A stretch of DNA of 40,951 nucleotides from Craspedostauros australis (taxonomy: Eukaryota): the NCBI GenBank assembly GCA_030167865.1, contig JALAGF010004625.1:1-40951 (forward strand), written 5' to 3'. Positions 23,693 through 32,107 of the stretch are shown one piece after another (the stretch's first letter is position 1; the number at the start of each line of letters is the position of its first letter). A program made the translations under genes and the position numbers. The notes beneath the pieces were generated by a model. That model saw only the letters and a program-made list of their open reading frames with translations, ran no database searches and was not told the origin of the DNA.

Positions 23693-24172
23693 CTACTTCT
23701 CTTCCAACTGGATGGAGGAACCGAATCGCCCATAGAGCACCTTCTTCAACTCCGCCTGCTTCTCCAGGATCTCCGCCTCCTCCTCCTCCAGCTTATCCAC
23801 GAGGGCCTGTAACCGCTCCACCTCCGCTTCGACGTACTCCGTGGCATCGTCCTCCGACGTCTCGAAGAAGGATTCGCCGATGAGCAGCATGACCTTGTCG
23901 CTGCTCTCCTGCATCATGAGCTCCGTCGATGCATCGTCCAGTCGTTCCAGCGATTTCTGTTGGCAATGCAATTCAATGATGGTGAGATATAGTATTCTAT
24001 GATTGGTGGAGCATAACTATTCGTATGGCACTACTATACGTGGACTCACCTTGAACAGATCCCGATCATCTCGCACATCGTGAAGACGCGAATTGAGACG
24101 GGCAAATCGATTGATGTTGATCTGATCCTCGCGGCGGAAATCGATCTCGTTCTCTTGCTCTGGCTTCAACAT
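23693..24172 (-). CDS. PFDN4: Prefoldin subunit 4, ~128 aa; exons 24172-24050 and 23956-23693
   Basis: REDQININRFARLNSR, LDDASTELMM, IGESFF, ELKKVLYGRFGSSIQLE match PFD4/Gim3. Phase-0 intron aag|gtgagt...caacag|aaa. Confidence 0.93.
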
Positions 24173-24439
24173 GATGGATGATTGTTGTGGATTGATTTGC
24201 TTTGGCGCCAAAGATGATGTTGTGTCTTTGGTGTTGTCTTGTCTCACTGGGAGGGAGGCTGATCGCAGTTCGTCGGATGGTGATGCTGTTCGTGTTGTCG
24301 GTGTCCATTTCTCGTCTTTGACATTTCGTGTTTGAAACGCAGCGCGAATTTACTCGAACGAGTCGGATTCGGCGGCGTTGGGAAGAATTGCGCGCGGCAC
24401 CGCGCGATCCGCAAACACTTCGGCGTCATCAACCTCCGC

Positions 24440-24590
24440 GACCCAACTCGACACAACACAAGCAAACACAATTCAATTCAGTTCAATTCAACTCGATCCA
24501 ACACAAGTCAACCAACGCAACTCAACCCAACTCAATCCAACCAACTCAACTCAACCAACCCAACTCAACCAACACAACACAACACAAAAT
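24440..24590 (+). repeat. Degenerate CA-rich pentamer array (CAACT/CAACC/CAACA) in the PFDN4-SIN3 divergent intergenic region
   Basis: caactcaacccaactcaatccaaccaactcaactcaacc... read directly. Confidence 0.8.
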
Positions 24591-25373
24591 AAAAGAGACG
24601 GAGGGCAAGAAGAGCGATCGACGATTTCGAGACGGAGGGCACCGATCGCAGATCAGGTGAGTAATGCGTCGCATGTTGGACGACGATGACTGCCGCCAAA
24701 AAAGGGAACCAAAGAAAACATCACGGACCCAATCACGAGTTCGACATCGAATCCGTCAGTCACGAGGCAGCAATGATACGCGCGGTGCGCGCGCGTGTTG
24801 CGTCACGCCGATCAATGCATTTCGTGTTTTTTGCGAAGTGTTTCGAGGCGTTGGGAACGTCCATTCACACCAACACGAGAGAGAGAGAAGCGTGGAAGAG
24901 TGGAGTGCGGAGCCGTGGGGTGTGGTGCGAGTATTGAAGTCAAGAGAGACATGAAGCCACCAAAGGTCCAAAACACCACAAGTCATCTCATTGTTCCATA
25001 ATCTCCATTCTCGTCATTTCATTTTCATTGATTCATTGATTCATCGTCATCATCATCTTGATTGTCTTGGGACGCACCAACATCACGGACTTGCAACAGA
25101 TTGCTGGTGTATCGACAGATTCCATTGCAAGATAGAAGATATCATAGCAGATATCATAGCAAATATTATAGCAGAGACGACCACACAATCAACATCTCCG
25201 CAGAAGATTAGTCATCACACACTCCGGTCTCTGCGAAAGCGAACGTCATTCACACCAACGCAGGCAAAGTCGCAGTGGCTGATCCACCAATCCATTGATC
25301 AATTGACGACCTGTAACGCCAAAAGACGCAGAAACGCGCACAAACACAGAGAGAGAGAGGACAGACTTGTGCG

Positions 25374-28300
25374 ATGAACTCCAACGAGGCCACCAATGGA
25401 AGCCGCAATGGACAGACCAACGGCCAGAACAAGCACACAGAGGTGCCTGCTTCCGCTCAGGCTTCTGTCGCAGCAACCCAAGCAGCAGCGGTAGCAGCAG
25501 CAGCGGGAGGAGGCTCTGCCGTTCCAGGAAGCCACGTGCAGCAGCCGGTGATGGGCCGTCACGGCTCCACAGGCGACCAGCAGCCTCATTTCCCAGGCAG
25601 CATCAACATCGCAGCACCCGGAGCGCAGTTCGCCGCCGCTGCGCTGTCATCGGTGCCGCGGATCCAGCTTGGGGGCGCAGCCGTTGCGACGCCGGTCACG
25701 GCAGGCAGCGTGGTGGGCCCCGTCGCGCATCAGCTGGCCATGGTCGATGCCATTGCCAAGTCGCAGGCAAAGGCAGCTGCGGCGGCAGCCAGAGCAAGCG
25801 CGAACGGCATGCCATCTGCACCACCACCCTCCGCAGGGGCTGCAGCTGCGGCGGCGGCGGCCGTCACGACAACAGCGGACGGGCCCAAATCGGCATCCAA
25901 ACCAAACGGCGGCCAGGCCTTCGCAGCTGCGCCCAAGGCGGCATCGAAGTCAGCGGCTGCGCCAGCGGCGACGTCCGGAAATAAGTTTGCCAAGGACGTG
26001 CGGATGGGCACTGCTGCGGCCACGAACGGCAATCATCGGCCATCCGCAGCGGCGAATGATGCAGCAGCAGCAACCGAGTCCAAACCACCAAAGGCATCGG
26101 CCGCATCTCGCACCACGCAGTCGCAACCGATGGAGAAGTCGGCGGCAGCAGCCATGTCGGCGCAGCGTCTGCCTGCCGAAGCTCAGGAGGCACCTCCACC
26201 GGCGCCCGATCGACCCTTCGGTGACATGCGCGTGCTGCGCGTCGAGGATGCGCTGCTCTACCTCGATGAAGTCAAGCGTCAGTTCTCCGGTCGTCCCGAG
26301 GTCTACAACGAGTTCCTCTGCATCATGAAGAACTTCAAGTCACAGGCCGTCGACACGCCCGGCGTCATCGACCGCGTGTCCAGACTCTTTCATGGTTACA
26401 ACAACCTCATCCTGGGTTTCAACAAGTTCCTGCCGGATGGCTACAAGATCAGCATGGAAGATCTGCGCATTCGGGATGCCGCCATCTCGGCGAAACAGCG
26501 TTTGAAGCAGGAGGCGGCGGCACAATCGAAGGCGCAGGCTGGTACGGAGGAACCGACAACAGCCGCCGCCGCCGCCAAGGAACAGCAGTGGCAAAATGCC
26601 AACAACGGACCAGGCGAGAGTCCGCAGGTCATGCCGCAAAAGGCGGAGTCTTCGCATCCAACCGACATGGAGGGAGTCACGGTCATCGAAACTTCTGGTC
26701 CAAACGGAAGCCGCAAGGAACAGCCAGCGCCACGCCGCCCGATGCCACCATCCCAACGACCAGACGACGCTGCCTCGCGTTCACGGGCATCGCCAACGCA
26801 GCAGAGACCGTTGCTGCATCAACCCCAACCCTACGCGGTGCAAAGTCAGCCATCGCCTCCGCAGCAGCAACAGCAACAACAACCAGGCAAGCCTGCAGGA
26901 CCGCAGCAGCATCAGGCCATCGAGTTTGATCATGCCATCGCCTACGTCACCACCATCAAACGTCGCTTCTCGCACGATCCCGGTACCTACCATTCCTTCC
27001 TGGAAATTCTGCACACCTACCAGAAGGAGCAGCGCGGCATCAAGGAAGTGCTGGAACAGGTGGCGCATCTGTTCCAGGATCATCCCGATCTCCTGCGCGA
27101 GTTCACCTTCTTCTTGCCGGACGCCGTGCAAGAGCAGGCCAAGGAGCGTTTGCACCGTGCTGCCGCGGACTCCGAGGCACGCCAAGCCGCGCAACGGGAA
27201 CAGGCCGAGCAGGAGCGCAAGGCGCAGCACAAGGCGATGCACAAGCATCACTCCCAACCGCCACCACCGAATCAGCATGCACCGCCGCACTCCAAGCAAA
27301 AGATGAAGCAGAACAAGATCAACGCGGCCCGCAAGGGCAAGGCGGACGCCGACCGACGTGTCGTCGACATGACCAGCGAGCGTGCCAAGGCCTTGGCGTT
27401 GGAAAATCGCAACCGCAAACGGGCCTACGAAGCCGAGGCGCAACCGCAGGCCATCCCCATCACGCTGCCGCAGCAGCCCGAGACCTACATCTACAACAGC
27501 GCCGTGGAACGTCAATTCTTCGACGCCGCGCACGAGGCTCTGACCAACTTCACCAGGGACGGTGGTCAGGCGTGGGCCGAATTCCTCAAATGCCTCGACA
27601 TGTACGCGCAGGAGATTCTGTCGCGCACCGAGATGCTCACCTTCGTCGAGCCGCTGCTGGGCAAGCGCAACACGAAGCTGTTCGAAGAATTCAAGAAGAT
27701 TCTGGCCGCGGCCGGCAACGCAAGCGCCGTCACCATGAACGGCAGCGCCCAGGTGCATCAACCGGCCGTGACGGAGGACTCGTGGCATTCCGTTCCCTTG
27801 TCGGAGATCGATTTCTCACGCTGCCGACGCTGCAGTCCATCGTACCGTGCCTTGCCCCGCGATTACCCGGCGCCACCCTGCAGCGACAGGAGCGACGATG
27901 ATGCCAAGGTGCTCAACGATATCTGGGTGTCGTTGCCAACCGGCAGCGAGGACAGCTACACGTTCCGTCACATGCGCCGCAACACGTACGAGGAGAGCCT
28001 CTTCCGGTGCGAGGATGAGCGATTCGAAATCGATATGGTCATCGACAGCAACGCCTGCACGTTGCAGCGGTTGGAACCCATCGCCGAGGAGATCTCGCAG
28101 CTGGCCGAAGCGGAGCATGTCATGGATCTTGCCAAATCGAAGGCCAAGCCGCAAGGTGCCGACAAGGGCATGGGAGGCCGCAAGTTCCAGTACGCTTTTG
28201 ACAAGACCATCCTGGGCGTCATTCATCGCAACTCCATCGCCCGAATTTACGGAGATGCCGGCAAGGAAATGCTGGATCTCATGGTCAAGAATCCCACGGT

Positions 28301-29852
28301 GGCCATCCCGCTGGTCGTGGATCGTCTGCGAACGAAGGACAGGGAATGGCGCGTCGTGCGCGGGAAGCTCAATCGTTTCTGGAAGGAGCTCGCGAGAGCC
28401 AACTACTACCGCAGTCTGGATCATCGCAGCCTGACCTGGCGCACCACGGACAAGCGCGCCATCAGCACGCGGACGCTGGTCGCAGAGATCAAGGACCGCG
28501 CCGCGCATGGTGGCCGCGAAAGCAAGAAAGCCCTGCAGGATCGCCTCGACAAGGCCAAGGACGAGCACGGGACCTTCTACGAGGTCACGATGATCAGCCA
28601 GCTGTCCAAGAACTTGGATCTCACCCACCTGCCCAGACCGGACCGTCGTCTGTTCACGCCGCACATGAGCCTGATGTACCCCAACGATGGCTGGGCGCAA
28701 CGCGATGCCTACCGCATCCTCGCCTTCGCGGTCGAACGCGGTGCCATGTCACCCGACGCCAAGGAACGTTGCCAACGCATGTGGACGGACTTTTTGGCGC
28801 CGTGGTTCAACGTGTCGTCGGGATGGATGGTGGAACCGACCTTGCGCCGTGACGCGACTCCCACCGATGCGCCATCCGTGGTCAGCAACGACGGCGAAGC
28901 CGACGGAAGCAACATCAACAAGGACGTTACCATGGCGGATGCCGATGGCAAGGAGGCCGTGGCACCGAAGCAGAGGACGAAGCTGAATCTCGATCATCAT
29001 CCGCTTCCAACGGGAGCTCCGGTGATCACGTTGAAGGGGGAGGGGCATGTGATCAGCTTCAATGAGTCCGATGGCATGTACGCCATCAAGCTTCCCAGCG
29101 GCGTGTCCCACATGCGACAAAGCGAGGTGCTGTGCTCCGTCTTCTCCAGCAGCAAGTCGGCGTTCACGACCGAGCTGCGACAGACGGACCGCAGCAAGCT
29201 CGGGCGGCCCGGCGACATGCTGTGCATCGGCACGCAGAACTTGTACCTATTCCTCCGTCTGCACCAGATCCTGGTGCGCCGATTGTGCATCGCCAAGGAT
29301 CTGGCGTACAAGGTGAAGGACCACAAGGAGCTCGTCACGCTGGTGGAGCAAGTCCCAGGCGACGATCCCGCGGAGTTGGGCAAGCATCGGTACGAGTCCT
29401 TCCTGGGCCTCGTCTACGCCCTGCTGGATGGCGGCATTGGTGTGACCGGCGCCGGCAATGTGGAGGGCAACAAATACGAGGACCGCGTGCGTGCTCTGCT
29501 GGGCCACGGCGGCTACGAGCTGGCCACGATGGACAAGCTGATCTCGCACATCCTGAAGAACCTGCAAACCATGAGCAACGACGAGACCATGGTGAATCTG
29601 ACGCAGCTGTTCCGCCGCCACTTGGAAACGGGGTGCTTCAAGCCAGATTCCTTCCGCCAAGAGGCCGCGCTGCTTTCCGACGGCGACGACATGTACGCCT
29701 TCCAGAAGTGCCCGCATGATGACGAGCAGGCCATCTTGCACTTTGAATACCTCGGTGTGATTTCGGAATCGGGCGACGATGACGGCGCAACCTCTGAGGC
29801 CATGTCGGAACGCCATGCACCCATCGCGAAGCGGCCCAAGCGTGAGCGTTGA
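25374..29852 (+). CDS. SIN3: SIN3 histone deacetylase co-repressor, 1492 aa, single exon
   Basis: PAH1 (VEDALLYLDEVKRQF...LILGFNKFLPDGYKI), PAH2 (IEFDHAIAYVTTIKRRF...DLLREFTFFLPD), PAH3-like (ERQFFD...AEFLKCLDMYAQEI), HDAC-interacting domain (PSYRALP...LNDIWVSLPTGSED...NTYEESLFRCEDERFEIDMVI), NYYRSLDHRS and C-terminal YEDRVRALLG...TMDKLI. Confidence 0.96.
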   Translation: MNSNEATNGSRNGQTNGQNKHTEVPASAQASVAATQAAAVAAAAGGGSAVPGSHVQQPVMGRHGSTGDQQPHFPGSINIAAPGAQFAAAALSSVPRIQLGGAAVATPVTAGSVVGPVAHQLAMVDAIAKSQAKAAAAAARASANGMPSAPPPSAGAAAAAAAAVTTTADGPKSASKPNGGQAFAAAPKAASKSAAAPAATSGNKFAKDVRMGTAAATNGNHRPSAAANDAAAATESKPPKASAASRTTQSQPMEKSAAAAMSAQRLPAEAQEAPPPAPDRPFGDMRVLRVEDALLYLDEVKRQFSGRPEVYNEFLCIMKNFKSQAVDTPGVIDRVSRLFHGYNNLILGFNKFLPDGYKISMEDLRIRDAAISAKQRLKQEAAAQSKAQAGTEEPTTAAAAAKEQQWQNANNGPGESPQVMPQKAESSHPTDMEGVTVIETSGPNGSRKEQPAPRRPMPPSQRPDDAASRSRASPTQQRPLLHQPQPYAVQSQPSPPQQQQQQQPGKPAGPQQHQAIEFDHAIAYVTTIKRRFSHDPGTYHSFLEILHTYQKEQRGIKEVLEQVAHLFQDHPDLLREFTFFLPDAVQEQAKERLHRAAADSEARQAAQREQAEQERKAQHKAMHKHHSQPPPPNQHAPPHSKQKMKQNKINAARKGKADADRRVVDMTSERAKALALENRNRKRAYEAEAQPQAIPITLPQQPETYIYNSAVERQFFDAAHEALTNFTRDGGQAWAEFLKCLDMYAQEILSRTEMLTFVEPLLGKRNTKLFEEFKKILAAAGNASAVTMNGSAQVHQPAVTEDSWHSVPLSEIDFSRCRRCSPSYRALPRDYPAPPCSDRSDDDAKVLNDIWVSLPTGSEDSYTFRHMRRNTYEESLFRCEDERFEIDMVIDSNACTLQRLEPIAEEISQLAEAEHVMDLAKSKAKPQGADKGMGGRKFQYAFDKTILGVIHRNSIARIYGDAGKEMLDLMVKNPTVAIPLVVDRLRTKDREWRVVRGKLNRFWKELARANYYRSLDHRSLTWRTTDKRAISTRTLVAEIKDRAAHGGRESKKALQDRLDKAKDEHGTFYEVTMISQLSKNLDLTHLPRPDRRLFTPHMSLMYPNDGWAQRDAYRILAFAVERGAMSPDAKERCQRMWTDFLAPWFNVSSGWMVEPTLRRDATPTDAPSVVSNDGEADGSNINKDVTMADADGKEAVAPKQRTKLNLDHHPLPTGAPVITLKGEGHVISFNESDGMYAIKLPSGVSHMRQSEVLCSVFSSSKSAFTTELRQTDRSKLGRPGDMLCIGTQNLYLFLRLHQILVRRLCIAKDLAYKVKDHKELVTLVEQVPGDDPAELGKHRYESFLGLVYALLDGGIGVTGAGNVEGNKYEDRVRALLGHGGYELATMDKLISHILKNLQTMSNDETMVNLTQLFRRHLETGCFKPDSFRQEAALLSDGDDMYAFQKCPHDDEQAILHFEYLGVISESGDDDGATSEAMSERHAPIAKRPKRER

Positions 29853-30195
29853 ATGTGAGAAAGAACGGGGGGTTACATGAAATAGTATAGCAGTAATAAT
29901 ATCATCAAAAGCATAGTATTCGATTTTATTGGTATCGTTGGGTGGAACCGGAGATTAAAAAGACGACGACGTCGTCTGTCCATGCATCACGTGCGATCTG
30001 CCACGAATGGCGATGGCGTCCCAATGCACACCTTGTTTTGTGTGTTTTCAGATTTTTGGACAAGTCATCGTCTTTTGTCGGCATCATAATTGTCATTGTT
30101 GCTGCCATCGATTTGGATCGTCGTCGCCCACTTTGGCTGATTGTTGATTCATCACAAGCATTCCATACGACACGATACATTGCATTACAATACAA

Positions 30196-30241
30196 TACAT
30201 TGTACAATATTACACTACATTGTACAATATTACACTACATT
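30196..30241 (+). repeat. Tandem 20-bp duplication (tacattgtacaatattacac x2 plus partial) just upstream of the 30274 gene
   Basis: Read directly at 30196-30215 and 30216-30235. Confidence 0.8.
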
Positions 30242-30273
30242 ATAATACACTAGAGTAGGACACCATACCAATC

Positions 30274-31590
30274 ATGGCATCCACCACAACCGCATTCCCG
30301 AAGGCATCCCGAGTCGTGCTGCACTCGCTGAAACGCGAGGACCTGAATGGCAAGGTGGGCATCGTGCAATCGGGCGACGTGACGAACGGTCGTCAGCAGG
30401 TCTTCATCGTCTCGTCGGGCAAGGCCTTCGCCTTGAAGGTGGAGAATCTGAAGCACGAGGAGCGCGCACTGGACAGCCTGTCGGCCAAGGAACTCAAGTC
30501 CATCCTCAAATCGAAGGGCATCGAGGCCGAGACGATCGAAAAGGCCGATCTCGTGACGGCCGTCAAGGAAGTCACTCAAGATGGTTCGCCCGTTGAGATC
30601 GCCAAGGCCGTCGCGCAAGCGCAAGCCAAGAAGACGACTCCCACGCAAGCCGCCAAGCAACTCTCCGAAATGACGCCCGACGATCTGCGCCGACAGGCTC
30701 AGGCCATGCGTTCGATGCCGCCCGACACCATCCGTCGCATGAATCCGCATCTGGCCCGAATGACGGATGCGCAAATTCAGATGGCGGCGACGCAGATGGA
30801 GATGATGGCCAACAATCCCGCGGCCATGAAGGCGGCGGCCGATCAGATGAAGGGCATGTCGCAGGATGATATGGACACGATGCAGCGCGGTGTGCCAACA
30901 GGTGCTGCTACACCAGTCGATGCACAGACGGCGGCCGATCGCATGGCCCATATGACGCCGGAACAGATGAAGCAGCAGGCCGCCATGATGCGCACGATGT
31001 CGCCCGACGCGATGCGGCAGATGAATCCGCAATTGGCGCACATGACGGACGAGCAGCTGCAGATGGCGGCCAACCAGATGGAGATGATGGCCGACAATCC
31101 CGACATGATGAAAATGGCCATGGACCAGATGCAGAATGGCGGCGGCGCATCGCCAAATCCTGCCGACGCCGGCAAGATGCTGTCGCAGATGGATCCCAAG
31201 CAGCTCAAATCGATGCTGTCGTCGTTGCAGAACAATCCGGAGCAGCTGAAGGAATTCGCCAAGATGTCGGGCATGTCGGAGGCGCAATTGAAGCAGGGCG
31301 TCGACATGTTCGCTGGTTTAGACGACAACAAGATGGACGCGGCGTTGAAGATGATGACGAAGGCGCAGAGTGCCAAGGAGACGTGGACCAAGACGGATGA
31401 GAAGGTGGGCGGGCATCTGAAGAAGATCGTGATCGCCGTGATCGTCCTGGTGCTGCTGGGTGTTTACCGCGGCGCATCGAGCTACTTCAGTGGCAAGGCA
31501 GCGCGTGATGCTGCCGCCACTAAGTTGCCACCCAAGATCGTGGAACCTGTCGTCGCCAGTGAATTCGAAGAAGAGGAGAGTGAATTTTAA
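30274..31590 (+). CDS. 438-aa protein: N-terminal SH3-like barrel, SAP-like helical motif, Met-rich STI1/DP-like repeats and a C-terminal transmembrane helix
   Basis: Single ORF with strong coding bias. RVVLHSLKREDLNGKVGIV...FALKVENL; LSAKELKSILKSKGI...EKADLV; two ~60-aa repeats ending QMEMMAxNPxxMKxAxDQM; hydrophobic IVIAVIVLVLLGVY. Confidence 0.8.
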   Translation: MASTTTAFPKASRVVLHSLKREDLNGKVGIVQSGDVTNGRQQVFIVSSGKAFALKVENLKHEERALDSLSAKELKSILKSKGIEAETIEKADLVTAVKEVTQDGSPVEIAKAVAQAQAKKTTPTQAAKQLSEMTPDDLRRQAQAMRSMPPDTIRRMNPHLARMTDAQIQMAATQMEMMANNPAAMKAAADQMKGMSQDDMDTMQRGVPTGAATPVDAQTAADRMAHMTPEQMKQQAAMMRTMSPDAMRQMNPQLAHMTDEQLQMAANQMEMMADNPDMMKMAMDQMQNGGGASPNPADAGKMLSQMDPKQLKSMLSSLQNNPEQLKEFAKMSGMSEAQLKQGVDMFAGLDDNKMDAALKMMTKAQSAKETWTKTDEKVGGHLKKIVIAVIVLVLLGVYRGASSYFSGKAARDAAATKLPPKIVEPVVASEFEEEESEF

Positions 31591-32107
31591 GCTCAGTTTG
31601 GTGAACATATAACAGTATGATATTTTGATGCTGTACGATGCGGGATACTGGTGAATACAGAATGGCGGTATGATAATGCTGGAATGGAGTTCACAATAAT
31701 TAAGTGAAGATGGATGGGCGTCAAAGAGAGTATGGTGCTATACACACAACCAACCAAGCCCGATATGGCCGAATCTCTCCCCCTCTAGCTTCGCCATGTC
31801 AATGTACTTTTTTCGGAGAACTGTTTGCGATGCAAAAAGGCATCACACGGTGTCAGAACAGATCCGACCCAATGAGAAGCACCAATCAACTTCAACAATG
31901 CGCCAATCAGAGAACATCAACACCAACGAAAAAGAAGAAGAACATCTGACGACGAAACGCGTCGACCGGCAGCTGTCATCTTGGGCCTGAGGACGTGTGT
32001 CTGCTTCCGCACAAGAAAGATGTTGCATCCGCAATCTTCCATCCACCCATCGCATTGTCATCCTTGTGCACACTCATAGTACTCTCGCACAACTCCACAA
32101 CGCAACC

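Noticed and set aside
26781-28700. 335-aa and 294-aa minus-strand ORFs within SIN3
   Set aside because: Antisense shadows with no independent coding signal.
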